A stretch of 64,000 nt of DNA from Cirrosporium novae-zelandiae (taxonomy: Eukaryota): positions 62,001 through 126,000 of the forward strand of contig JAPETS010000030.1 of assembly GCA_026023565.1 (NCBI GenBank), in the 5' to 3' direction. The translations under genes and the position numbers were made by a program. Position 1 is the stretch's first letter. Each line of letters begins with the position of its first letter. The notes under the pieces are model-generated. The model was not told the DNA's origin and did not search any database. It saw nothing but the letters and a program-made list of their open reading frames with translations. Shown here piece after piece: positions 13,190-25,565 of the stretch.

Positions 13190-13995
13190 TATCTGATTCT
13201 GATCTGTCTGTCTGTCTGTGGATTTGTTTGTTAATTAAGGTCCTCCCCTTCCCTTTCCTTCCTTTCATCCATTCCATTTCATCCGACCTTCCTAGATAAG
13301 AAAAAAAAAACAGAATAGAATAGAATGGAAGAAGATGAAAGAAGAAGTGAGAAAATTGAAAATGAAAAAAAAAAGATAAAAAAGGTACACTTCTTAATTA
13401 ATATCCATCAATCATCCCCTTATCTCCCTCCCCTCTCTCTCAACTGAAGAAGGGAATAAAAATTAACTTTCAAGAAAGTAAAGAATGAAAGAAAGAAGAA
13501 AAAAAATGTTGATGAAAGAATATAATAGCAATACACAAAAAAAGCCAAGCAATTGCACCATCCTTCCTTCCTTTCCGATTCTACCTTCCACCATCCATCC
13601 GACGGTTATATGTATATATAGAGAAGTTTGGAGAAAAAAAATGAAAATTGAAAATGAAAGTGAAAATGGAAATTTGTGGGGGTTTGTGGGGTTGTGTTGT
13701 TGTGTGGGTTTGGGAATGAAAATTTGGTTTCGTGGTGTGAGTGGGTGAGTAAGTGAGTGAGTGAGTGAGTGAGTGAGTGTTTCGGTGGGGTTGTGGTGTT
13801 TGGTGGTTATGATTGTTATGACGATGATAATATGATGGTGATGGTTATTGGTGGTGGTAGGTAGTAATGATAGCGGTGGTAGCAATCAATGGTAAAGAAT
13901 GATGTCCAGTAATGATTTTCTGGTTCTAGTGGTGACATAAATTCCCCTTGCTTTGAATCGGATCGTTCTCATTCTCCCCTTCTCGTCTCGTCTCG
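13190..13995. repeat. Low-complexity intergenic tract ((TCTG)n, A-rich runs, (GAGT)n, (GGT/GAT)n)
   Basis: Direct reading; ORFs here are compositional artefacts. Confidence 0.85.
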
Positions 13996-14080
13996 TCCTA
14001 AATATGATTGATATACCCTTCCTAATTTCAAACTAAAGGGGGGGTCTAGTCCTCCCTCCCTAACATCCTAACATTCCTTC

Positions 14081-16844
14081 TCACTCCGCGTCAATGTCCA
14101 CGTCAATAACATCTGGATTCTCCACCGCCTTCTCGACAACTTTACCCATAGCCCCATTTTGCGGAGGGATATTTGAACCTTCTGCACCTGTGCTCGCGGC
14201 CACGAAACCAACGGGAGCTCGAGCCTGTCGCTCAAGCTGCGCCATTGCATCTGCACGATTGTCGAGTGATTCCTCCTCATCAGCATCGGTCGTTGTAATC
14301 GAGGGGATGGGTTTTCCATCTGGGCCTGGCGAGGTAGGACTGGAAACTTGTTGGGCTTGGAGTTGTTGGGAGCGGGCAACGGCTTGGGAAGCGATGAAGT
14401 TGACATCAGTGCTATAATATATGTCAGTAACTCATGTTCGAATATCCAGATATTGGATAGGGGGGTTGATAAATCATACTTATACTGTGCTTGTACACTC
14501 CTCTTGATTCGGAGCATCTCCTTGAATGTATCCTCATTTCCATGTTGCACTTCAAACTGCTCCCACTTCTGCCAGAAGCTCGGTGTTGTCCTTGGGTCAC
14601 AGAACTGACTCGCATGGCCATAGATGGCTCGAGCTCTATCTATTTCACCTAACCGTCTCTCCATCTCGGCGAATTTAAGGCACATGTCTCGCGCTTCGTT
14701 GTTGGGGAGAACCTCGATGGCACGCTCGTAGATAGGGCGAGTGGAAGTAAGACCGAAGTTAGACGCGGACTTTGTGATGTAGAAGTTGAACATCTCGAAA
14801 CGATCTTCATCGCTAACAGCCCTGGTGGCGCGATCATAGATACGCATGGCATGCCGGGTGAGACCCTTTTCTTCTTCAAGGCTGCCATACATTAGGTATA
14901 GCGTTTTTGCGAACTTGGGAGGGCAGTTATCCACAGCCTGCTCAAAGAGATCCCGTAACCGTTCGATAGAAATTTTGCGGTCAACAGATGACCGTTCGAC
15001 GATTTTCGTGAGATACATGTTCCAAAGTTCAAAGGCGACGGGGTAAGAGAAGAGATCGAGGCCGCGTTCATAGATTCGGAAGGAATCCTCGAAGTAGTGT
15101 TTCTCTTCTAATAGTTGAGCATAGTTGACAACAGTTTGTGGCGTCGCGATTCGTAGTTCAAAGATACGTTCATAGACCTTACGTGTTTCCTCTAGGGAGC
15201 CAACACTCTCAACTAGATCCACGTAGAAAGACCAGAGCTTCCAGGACTTGTGGACACGCTGTTGCGGGGAAAGGGAGTCATCGAAATAATCAACGGTTGA
15301 GCGTTTGGGCGCTTGCGTTGCCTTCGCCATGACTTTGACAGCCTGGTTAAAGTTTTCATTCCGGAGCTCCATTTCTGCCCACTCGGTCCACATCTCTGCA
15401 AGCTCGGCTACTGATTTGAAGGGAACCTTGACTGCTTTTTCCATGATTACTCGAGCAGTGCGCATGTCACCCCCTGCCTCGTAGAATTTAGCGTAGTTGG
15501 CCCAGAGCTCATGGAATTTCCCCAGAGCCTTTTTGGGTTGCACAGCGGCGATGGCGTCGGTGTAGGTCTTAACTATTTCCTCCTTATTATCGCCCCATAA
15601 TGCAACCCGTTTTTCCCATTCAGGGACGTTGTTGGGATTCTGCCGAAGGAGCACATCGTTGACGAGGAATGGTCTTCGGTCCATGAGCTGCTCAAACCGC
15701 ATCATCCGGATATCCAGATCAAAGTCTGCATCTTCATCCACTTTTCCCTTTTCAGATCGTACTGCAGCAGCATCCATGAGATCGCCAATGGCAGTCTCTT
15801 CAAACTCGACGTAAGCATCGAACACTTGGGTAAAGTCTCGCACTGTCATGACAGTAGTAATCCCCTCCTCAAACACATCCCTCGCCTTCTCAAAATTTCC
15901 CAGATTCATCCAATATGTAGCCAGTCCGGTCCAAAGTCTGCCACGCTGGTCGGCGAATCTATCAATTCCACTTCGAATAATCTTATCCACGTTTATTCCC
16001 GATACATCTCCCGTTTCAATCTCATTTGCTTTATCCACCAGCAATTCTACCATTTCTTCCCATAATTGGAAGTGACCTTTACCATTCTTGCTCTTGAACC
16101 GAGGATTATTCAGTATCTCCATATATATCTTTATAGCTTCCGTATATCTTTGCATCTCTATCAGCAATTCGATGTAGTCTTCCGCATCTTCCGGATGTAT
16201 CTGCATATATCTCGTCCAAATCTTGATTGCAGTTTCGCCTGAAGCGGAATTTGCAAAAGGCTTGAACAATGCCCATACTCGGTTGTGTTGGGTGATAGGT
16301 AGTGCACGGAGAGCCCGATCAAATGTTCGCCGGGTTTGTGTCACTAATGGTTGCTGCATCAAGAATGAGAGATACATTTCCCAGATCTTTGGCATCTTAT
16401 TCAGTAGGATCAATGCGCGTTCGAATAGCGAGTTGACCTTGGCGAACTCTTCTTTGTAAATAGCAGGATTCTTCTTTTTCAGGTGCTTCGTTCGGAACTC
16501 AAGATACATTTTCCAGAGCTTGTACGAGCGTGGAAGGTGAAGACAGGCGCGCTCCAAGACGAAGGCCTGTTGATGTAGATTTCCACTCTGTTTCTTGAAC
16601 TCAATATAAGCTAGCCATGGTTTTATGCTACCGGGCTCTCGAAGAATGTCCTGCTCGTAGATAGTGTCGTCGTTCGACTACGATGTACGTCAGCCTTGCA
16701 TGAAGCTCAAAAGGTATTTGCGATGAGGAGTAAACTTACCACCAGGTAGAGATCCGGTCGACTCATCCTAATTTTGGTTGACTTGACTGCATTTTCCGCC
16801 GTCCGGGAGGGAATGACAAGTGGTCCGGGCATGAAGTTGGGCAT
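14081..16844 (-). CDS. SYF1: Pre-mRNA splicing factor SYF1/XAB2 (HAT repeats); start could instead be 16832 or 16766; introns near 16739-16678 and 14478-14413
   Basis: ERACLHLPRSYKLWKMYLEFR, LLRQNPNNV, QQRVHKSWKLWSFY, FEVQHGNEDTFKEMLRIKRSVQA; last exon ends NPDVIDVDIDAE*. Confidence 0.95.
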
Positions 16845-17130
16845 GACATACTATTCAATCCTCAGAAGAGGAAAAGAGGGGTGAAGGTTGGGTGAGGTTG
16901 TTGAAGTTCCCAAAGTTGCGCGCTTACATAGCGGTTCGGAATGGAAGACTGAAACGAAATCCGATCCAGAATTGCGCTAAGATTAGCCGCTGCCGGTTGA
17001 CGTCGTCGGGGAGCTTGGGTGAACTTTAGGCACGAAAGACGCAACCAGGTCCGAACATCAAGAGCTTCCCACTCCTCTTACAATACATCGCCAGAAATCC
17101 TTTTAACAGTATTGGCAGTTGGTCGTCAAT

Positions 17131-18337
17131 ATGTCTGGGACTGTAAGTTTTGTATTCCAATACCGCTTTTCAAAAGCTGATCAGAGCTCTAGAGGGAATC
17201 CGTTTTCCCCACTCGCCAGGTGCTTGGTGCTATGAAGAGCAAACTGAAGGGTGCCGAACAGGGGCATAGCTTGCTGAAGAGAAAGAGCGAGGCTCTGACA
17301 AAGTGCGTACCATGGCGTGGTCGAGGTTTCAACCGCTAATCTTTTATCTATTTAGACGATTTCGAGGTAGATCTATATCATGTAGCTGTTTTGATACTCC
17401 GCCTTTTACTGATAAACTTAAGAAATCACAAGAAGGATCGATGAAGCCAAGAGAAAAATGGGTCGCGTCATGCAGATTGCCGCCTTCTCCCTTGCAGAAG
17501 TGACATATGCTGTTGGGGGAGATATCGCCTTCCAAATCCAAGAGTCGGCCCAGCAAGCCCGATTCCGAGTCAAGACCAAGCAGGAAAATGTCTCGGGAAC
17601 ATTTCTTCCTGCATTCGAGTCCTATACAGTCGAGGGAAGCAATGACTTTGGCCTGACTGGTTTAGGGAAAGGAGGACAACAAGTCCAGAGGTGTCGCGAG
17701 ACATATGCTAGAGCTGTCGAGACGTTGGTAGAGTTGGCAAGTTTACAGGTAGAGTATACGGACAGAAGCTCAAGGGCTGTATGTGCTGTTGCTGATCATC
17801 GTTAGACTGCATTTGTTATTCTGGATGAGGTAATTAAAGTTGTCAACAGAAGAGGTATGTCGTTTAGCTGCTTTCAATCCGGACTTTTGCTAACCTTCTG
17901 TAGTAAATGCCATGTGAGTACACATCTACGCCTGAGGTGATCAATCCAAGCTTCTGCGTTTCTAATCTATACCGCCAATTACAATAGTGAGCATGTCATC
18001 ATCCCGAGAACGGAAAACACGATCAAATGTAGGTGATGAAATACTTCTCAGCAAGCGCATTATTGACGTAATCTAGACATCAACTCCGAGCTCGACGAAC
18101 TCGACCGAGAGGAGTTCTATCGCCTGAAAAAGGTATAATAACTCCAATATCTCCTTTAAAGAAGCCTTGCTAACCCAATAAAACCAGGTCAAGGGGAAAA
18201 AGCAAAGGGACGCGACCGAGGCCGAGAAAGAGAAAAGCAACAAAGCCGCTCTTGCAAAAGCGCAAGAGAAAACGGAAGCTGTTGGAGAAACACCTGATGT
18301 ACTTGGAGACAAAGAAGACGAGGATGTGATTTTCTAA
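17131..18337 (+). CDS. VMA8: V-type ATPase V1 subunit D; 9 exons including 10-12 nt micro-exons
   Basis: Spliced MSGTRESVFPTRQ...GHSLLKRKSEALTKRFR...[39 protein letters not shown]...DEDVIF*. Confidence 0.95.
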
Positions 18338-18646
18338 TCTGATAGCCGGTGGCGCATTGCATTTGCATAATTGATTTGGAGCCTTTGTAGGGGCCGCTTT
18401 GCTGGCCCGAATCATAGCGACAACGACGTAGCGTAGCATATAGCCAACTTGGATTGGTTGTTCATCAAGTACCCGTTGCTCTTATAGGTAACACGAGGGC
18501 TCGCCCCCAGAAGGCTAAGGTTATCTCAGCAGTGATGATGGTTGATCCAAGCGACAGAACGCTCCATGAAAGTTATTGTACACAGAAAAGGAATCCATAA
18601 TCCTGTATAAATTAGAGAAACTCGTTACTTTTTCCCCTCGTCCGGC

Positions 18647-18675
18647 AGTAGTAGTAGTAGTAGTAGTAGTAGTAG
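18647..18675. repeat. (AGT)~9 microsatellite between the convergent VMA8 and U1A 3' ends
   Basis: Direct reading. Confidence 0.95.
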
Positions 18676-18849
18676 GCGCCCTAAACTCCATGATATGGGG
18701 ATAACAATCACTTGCACAACCCCTCTAAAGGCCCGCCCAACATTGCTAAAATGCACCCAACCTTGACTAACTCAAACGAACACACCCTTTCTTCTTCTTT
18801 CCCTTCGAACAGACACACACACACACACTTCGCAAAAAGCTAGAAACCC

Positions 18850-19741
18850 TCACTGCCGTTGATAAGTAACCCTAATCACCTTCCCCTCATCCCCCAGCGC
18901 CATCCCCGCCGTATTCTCCTTGGCACTAATCGCCCCCGCCTCAGCCTCATACTCAATAAACGCGATCCCCTTCCTGCCCGGCACCAGCCTAACCTCCCTA
19001 AACCCTTCAAACCGTCCAAAGATGGCACCCAGCCCGTCGGCATCGTAGCCATCGGGGATATTCTGCACGAACAGCGTACGGTTGGGAGGGAGGTACTCGT
19101 CGGGGACGACGGCGGCGGTGGTGGGGTTGGAGGATTTGAGACCCGTGCCGCGGATTGTTTTCTTGGCGGGGTGGACGCCCTCTTGGCCGCCGGGGGCGGC
19201 GCGCTTGAGCTTGGCGGCTTCGGCTGCTTGTTGGGCTTGCTTCCGCTCTGGAGGATAGTATCTGGTTAGCATTTTTTCCGCTGTATTGTACAATTTGTAG
19301 CCTTTTATCTTTTTTTCTCTCCCAATTTCAATATGTAGAACCCATAAATATATGTATAAAAGTGATCCACTAGAAGGGAAACAAAGTAAAAAAAAACTCA
19401 CCCTTCTCCGCAATTCTCTTCTTCTTATGCACATCCAGCTCCTCCTTCCCCCCCACCCTCAAAACCGTGGCATCGCTTCTCGTTCTCGCAAAATCTAACT
19501 GCATGGGTTTATCGAACAGCTCGAAGCCCTGGATATCCTCGATGGCCTTCTGCGCCGACGCGTGGTCCTCAAACACAATAAACGCTTGGCCTTTCGCTTT
19601 GAGGTTGCGCTTCGCCACCACGTCGATGATGGTGCCGTATTCGGAGAAGATTTCGGTGAGGGATTCGATCAGGTCGGGGATTTTGATGCGTTCTTCTAAG
19701 TTTTTTACGTAGAGGGTGCAGTTGGGCGGGGTGGTGGCCAT
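18850..19741 (-). CDS. U1 snRNP A / U2B'' family double-RRM protein; intron 19401-19248
   Basis: PNCTLYVKNLEERIK...KGQAFIVF (RRM1); YLPPNRTLFVQNIP...EVRLVPGRKGIAFIEY (RRM2). Confidence 0.92.
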
Positions 19742-20288
19742 GGTTGGTTGTGGTTGTGGGGAGGTGCTGGAGAGGTGTGTGTGATGTGGAGATTTGGAGT
19801 TGGGATGTGTATGGCATGTATGTTATGTGCCGGTAATTGGGGTTGGATTGGAGGGTTTTGGTGTTGAGCTTTGAAGCTTTGGTTGATGTTTGCAGGGATG
19901 TTTGGTTTGTCTTGGCTATTTATTAGCTTATTTTTCTCTTGTCGGTTATCGATTTGTCTGTCTATGATGTGACGTTTAAGCTTTGGTGGAAATATAGCTG
20001 GTTAATTATTCACCATAACTTCAAGGTTACCTAGGTAATCTGAAGAAATGAGAAGTATTGGGTGCAATTGTTATTGGTCCTTTTTTCTTGCAAGTCTTTT
20101 ATGCCTCGTACCCTAGAATTTACTGTAGTACAAATACAAAGACTTGGGTTTACTCTGGGAAGCCTGAGGCCTTGTCGATAAAGTTACTTTATTTCAAACT
20201 ACCTAGGTACGTTATTAACCATAAAGGCATCTAAGTCAGGTAGGGACTGTCAGTGGTGAAATAATCGACGGCCGAATAATCGTGTTCC

Positions 20289-21675
20289 TCATTGATAGAC
20301 ATAGCAAAAAGGCGTCCCTCCAACAGTATCCATCGTATCCTTGATCTGGAGCTTGTCGTTCAGTTTACTCAAATCTATATAATCGTCCACTGTAACATTT
20401 GGGGTGATAATGACGTCTTGGATGTAACTACATGGATTGTTAATACCCATCACAGACAGATTCAGTATAAGGAACAGAACCTACCCACGACCGAAAACAT
20501 CTTGCCTGTTCGCAAAGTCAAGGGCCTGCCAAAGCGCATAAACCCGGTCAACCTGTGCATGATGCAGGAAGAATACCGGATCTCCAGGGCTGGTGAATAC
20601 ATCGAGTCCTGCGCCTGCCCCAAAGGCATAATGTCCGCCTCCATGAACTCCAAGCTGCGCTGTAGTTATATATCTGGGATCGCCTTGCATAACTGCCTGG
20701 AATAATTCAATGGTATTATAGTCGAGAATTAGGCTGGTTATGTTGGTAAACGTAAGGAATGTTTTCGCAACCCAGGGTCTGAGATCACGTTTGAGGCAAC
20801 GAGGGTTTAGGCCAAGGATATTCGTGAGTTCGGTTACGTTTGGATAGTTGATATAGTTAGGCTCGCCAACGGGGCCCATATTCACGGCCCAGTCTTTGAA
20901 TGGGCCTTCAAAGACACAGCCGCCTCCTGTTCCAATGCCAAGATATACCTGTTTGCTGGGAGGTGATTGTGGTGCCCCTAAAAGGTTCGTTAGTCGCTAT
21001 ACGATAGGGAAAGGCCGCTTGACATCTTACCATTCCATACAATCACTCCAGAAGTATTTGAGTAAATATTCACCCCATTGCTTCCCATTGAGCTGTCCGA
21101 ACCGTCGAAAATCGGTGACGCAGTAATATCTTCAGCATCAAGCCCCCATTCCCAGTAAGGGATTCCTCCCTCATACCCACATTCATTCTGCAGCATTTGT
21201 TCATAGGTCCAAGTAAAATATCGATGCCAGGTCAAGAAGTAAGCCTGGACAGGGTCAGATATTGTTTTTATGTTATGCAGAGAAGTATATGACCGACAGT
21301 TTCATGAATGAACTGGGTTAAGTTAATATGGATAGCGACAAAGGAGTCATAAAGATTGATAGCTCCTGGAGCTTCGTCCGAAGTAAAGACACTAGGCTTC
21401 GACTTCAAACAATTTACCGCCGCAACATAAGACTTCCGCTGGGCTGCTGAAAGGGTCCTCCATTCTTGTCTGACCGTGACTGTAGACGGGTTGCATTTGC
21501 TGGTAGAATTTGGTGTGCCCAATCTCAAGAGCGTGCTTGTGAAAGCTTGAATTCCTAGCTGCTGAAGAGCAGAGCCGTCTGAGATGGCTTCTGGGCTATA
21601 CCATCTTCGTTGAAAGGGAACAGATATCGTTGGTGCAATCAAGAAAAGAAACCAGTAGAGCTTGAGGAAATTCAT
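20289..21675 (-). CDS. Secreted tyrosinase / di-copper centre protein; 4 exons
   Basis: Signal peptide MNFLKLYWFLFLIAPTIS; VRQEWR; CuA H..H..FLTWHR; PYWEW; CuB GVHGGGH...SPGDPVFFLHHAQVDR; C-terminal FCYVYQ*. Confidence 0.9.
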
Positions 21676-22824
21676 GCTAGCTATCAACCACCACATGCAT
21701 CCAGTTGTAGTCACTCACTTAAAAGAAACAAAATTTCTTTAACAGTATGAGAAGCACATTCGGAGGATGAGATCAGTGGAAATATATAAAGCGGCTAAAC
21801 AGAGACCCCCAAGATGATTAAAAGAACGGCTCTGTAAAATCAACCATGATCATTGCATTGATCACTGCATAAGGCGCGTGAACAGACAACACATAGTGAA
21901 AAGGAGGATTAAAATTCCTCCAGCCTACCCAAGAACGTCAAACTAAGATTCCAAGATATCAGATATTCTCTTCTAAGAAGTGGGCATCCCACTCTTGCTT
22001 CTCTTATTGAAGCTAAAGCTGCATTGTTACTTTCTGTGGCAAGGACGTGAGGCAATGACTAGCCTGGGTAAATGGAGGATGCTATACTACATCAACCCAT
22101 GAAAATATTGGGAGGAATTGAGATAAGTATGTATTCGACAATTCATAATACCTGCAATGATTGGGGGTAAAGCTCTACTCCCAAGACCAGCCTCGTTAAC
22201 AAGAGCCAATGAGTTTGCTGTTATTCAATCGTAGAAATAACTTGCCGCATGGCAATTAAATGGCAGCATTATCAGGCTGTTATATTTCCGAACGTAGCGA
22301 AAGGATGAACATACTTGAGTAGAGGGCCTGTACTGTACTGTACATAGCCAAGGCCTGAGGATATATTGGACTTATATCATCGGGCATATGATGGTTACCG
22401 AAGAGACACAGAAGTTTCTGTAAGACAAGGCTATCATAACTAGAAGAATTGATTCGTAGGAAGAAAGTCTTGTTGGTTATAGGTGATTGTAGGAAGTAAT
22501 AAGGTAGCAGCTTTTGGGCCGATCTTATCCGATAATGAACACCGGGCATATCATTCCTGGGAATGAGCCAAGAATAAGAATATTACTTCAATTCTTTATT
22601 GTGATTTGCAAGGCCATGATCCTATCTGAAGTGGAGACATTGTAGTTGATAGATAAGGATTTTAATATTTACAACTTTCCCCTTGTGGACGGCCCCACAA
22701 TGATGGGAAACAGGATAAATTCTAGATATCCATACAATACTCAATGCATATAAAATTCCTGAGAATTATATAAAGTGGTATCTCTTTATCTTGAAATATA
22801 CTTTCAATTGACAGCACTGTCAAG

Positions 22825-23555
22825 ATGGCTTCCGCTCCCACTACTTCCGATCTGCGAACCGCCCCGATCACAACTCAAAGACTGGTCCTTCGTCCAATCA
22901 AAGAGGCAGACTTGAAGGAACTTAATGTCCAGAGAGCAGATCCCGAAGTGTTAAAATGGACGTGAGTTTTGGCCCTGCATTTCTCGGACGCTTGGTGTAC
23001 TTTTGTCTTGTGCAGAATCATATTACCATCGCCTTAGCCTATTCAAAGTCTTCATATAATCCGCAATGGGCGTTTATATGTATCGACATTTTTATGTACA
23101 AGCCATGCCAACATTCTTCCTCTTTCTGCAACTAACTCAGCTTCGACGTTGATAGTGGAGATAATCCTTCTAAATTCAACACTCCCAACGATTGGCTTCC
23201 AAAAAATATCAATGACCCAAAGAATCCGTGGTTCCTTATATGCCTACGTCCAAACAACTCCACCTCCACTACTGAAACAATCACTGGCTATATCTGCACC
23301 CGTTTCGAAAAGGATCTCGGCTTCTGCATTGGAAAACAGTTTTGGGGCCAAGGGTTGGCAACGGAGGCGGCAAAGGCCTATATGCAGCGATTCTGGGAGA
23401 TTTTCCCCGAGAAACAAGAGTTAAGAGCAGGATGTCATGGAGATAACAAGGGAAGTGGGAGGGTATTAGAAAAAACAGGGTTTCAAGAATGGGTACCACC
23501 GGAAGGGAAGGTGGAGGAAGATGCAAGAGAGTTTATTATTCGAAGGGGTCATTGA
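22825..23555 (+). CDS. GNAT acetyltransferase, RimJ/RimL-like; intron ~22962-23155
   Basis: ITTQRLVLRP N-terminal motif, acetyl-CoA motif FWGQGLATEA, N..SGRVLEKTGF. Confidence 0.85.
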
Positions 23556-23823
23556 GGTGTGGGGAGGGGGCGAGAACTAGTTTGTCTTGTTTGCTAGAGC
23601 ACGGCCCCCTTGCGGGGTATATCATCACATCTATTTATCCATATACAACCCCCCCCCCCACCTTGTTATAATTCTTGGAACTGGCGCAAAGTAGGTAGTT
23701 CCAGAGCTCTGGCAAACACCACCATCACCACAATGACAATTTTAATTAATATCGACAATACCATACCGTACAACACCACGAACCCCATCACTCCCCTTTT
23801 TTTTGTAAAAAGAAACCTCCCTC

Positions 23824-24894
23824 CTAACAATCACCCCCAGAATCCCCCCACCCCTCCAACTCCTTCTGCGTCCACTCCCAAAGCTCCCCCCTCAACTTCT
23901 CACTCCTTGAATACCCCGTATGCCTGCCCACCCTCCCCACGGGCTCATAAAACTCGCCATTAACCAAATTTTCCCCGCTTGTCGTAGCCGCCCAAACCTG
24001 ATTATACGCGCCGGCCTCCACATCTGTCGAAGCGCACATCTGGAGGAACCATCCATGGATTCTCTCTATCAGGCTTTCTCGCTGGATGCGGGAGATTAGT
24101 TGGGTGTTGACGACGCCTGGGTGGATGGAGACGGTGGTGAGGGTGGGGTAGCGGAGGGCGAGCTCGGAGGCGTAGAGGATGTTGGCGAGTTTGCTTTGGC
24201 CGTAGCGGTACCAGGGGCCCATGGGGCCGGAGAGGTTGGATTGCGAGGTGTGCAGGTCTGGGAAGAGGATTCCGCCTGGGGGGGTTAGGGCGAAGCCTAC
24301 CGAGGTGAGGAAGATTATGCGGACGTCTGAGGTTGGGGAGGTGGGTGAGGAAGAGGAGGGGGGGGAAGAAGCTGTGTGGAGGAGGGTTGGGAGGAGCAGT
24401 TTTATTAGTAGCGCGTGTCCTAGGTGGTTCGTGCCGAATTGGATTTCGTAGTGGTCTTCTGATAGCGCGGGGGAGAGCGCCATGACGCCCGCGTTGCACA
24501 TCAGGATGTCGAGACGTGAGGATTTGGACATGAATTCTTTGGCCGCTCTAGAGACTGAGGATAGCGATGCTAGGTCCGCTTCGATGAAGGTGATGGCTGC
24601 GTCTGGGATTGCCGCCTTAATTTCTTCCACCGCCGTCGCCCCTTTGGTCGCGTCTCGTCCGCTAAGATAGATGTGGGCCGGCTGGTGTTTTGCGAATTGG
24701 AGTATGGCTGCTTTACCTAGGCCCGCATTTCCTGTTTGTATGGTGTTAGTGAAGATGTTCTTTTTTCTTGAAAGATAAAAAATAGTGGAGGAAGACGAAA
24801 AGAGATGCGGACCTCCTGTTACGAAGATGACCTTGCCCGACAGATCGGGTATGTCGTTCTCGGGATCAAACTTTTTCTGGCAATTCCAAATCAT
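23824..24894 (-). CDS. Short-chain dehydrogenase/reductase (retinol-DH/WWOX-like); 81-nt intron 24812-24732
   Basis: IPDLSGKV.FVTGGNAGLG after splicing, CNAGVM, QFGTNHLGH, catalytic YGQSK, HPGVV. Confidence 0.92.
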   Translation of the reverse strand: MIWNCQKKFDPENDIPDLSGKVIFVTGGPHLFSSSSTIFYLSRKKNIFTNTIQTGNAGLGKAAILQFAKHQPAHIYLSGRDATKGATAVEEIKAAIPDAAITFIEADLASLSSVSRAAKEFMSKSSRLDILMCNAGVMALSPALSEDHYEIQFGTNHLGHALLIKLLLPTLLHTASSPPSSSSPTSPTSDVRIIFLTSVGFALTPPGGILFPDLHTSQSNLSGPMGPWYRYGQSKLANILYASELALRYPTLTTVSIHPGVVNTQLISRIQRESLIERIHGWFLQMCASTDVEAGAYNQVWAATTSGENLVNGEFYEPVGRVGRHTGYSRSEKLRGELWEWTQKELEGWGDSGGDC

Positions 24895-25100
24895 GGCGAA
24901 GATATATATACGTCCAAATAGCAAAATTAGAGAATCGGTAGTCTTCCTTTAGAAACTAAAGGGGTCAAGAAGAAAATGTTCTTGACAGACTGGACAATGT
25001 GTATATATATTTTATTCCCTTTTTCATAACAAGAAAGCAAACATCAGAATTATTAACAATGCAAAATATAGAGGAGCTTTCTAGGGTATTTATATCCTGA

Positions 25101-25305
25101 GATAAACATGTGCTACGCAGGAAAGGAACCAGTTCCATTTGAAAAAGCCACGGATAATACGAAAGGGACTTCGGTAGGCTTGACGATCCGATAAAGAGAC
25201 ATAGAAGGATTTATCCCATCAAATTTGAGAGTCGGAGGGATCATTGTTCCGTCTTTGCGGGATAAGCGCTAAGGATAAGGTGACGGCTAAATGACCCGCC
25301 GATAA
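25101..25305. promoter_or_regulatory. Array of seven GATAA sites 200-410 bp upstream of the SDR gene
   Basis: GATAA at 25101, 25153, 25190, 25261, 25274, 25301 and TTATC at 25211. Confidence 0.6.
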
Positions 25306-25565
25306 TCGGTGACAATTAGCGACGACTAGCTTTCGCCTAGTCCATTCGCTTGACCTTAATAAGCGACCTTGGACCATTTCAAATCGAGGTTCGCTTGGCT
25401 ATGGCTAATTAATAAATGGATTCAATCATCAACATCAACCGGAAATATGCCTTTTGGTAAATATCACATTATTTTTTCAAAGAGCTTTGAACAATATCAA
25501 CAGAATAACAACTGAAGTTCAAGCCTTCTTGGCTAGCCATATGACCCCTAACTCTGATAAGGGAT

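Noticed and set aside
13463..13885. ORFs in low-complexity DNA (also 46315-46826 and 62318-63362)
   Set aside because: They are translations of simple repeats
16975..16982. CGCTAAG as a shared promoter motif (also ~9342, 25268, 44134, 49793, 60427)
   Set aside because: The count is close to chance for a 7-mer on two strands, and it also occurs in introns
20289..21675. Tyrosinase as part of an ustiloxin-type RiPP cluster
   Set aside because: No KR-repeat precursor peptide or DUF3328 gene in the window
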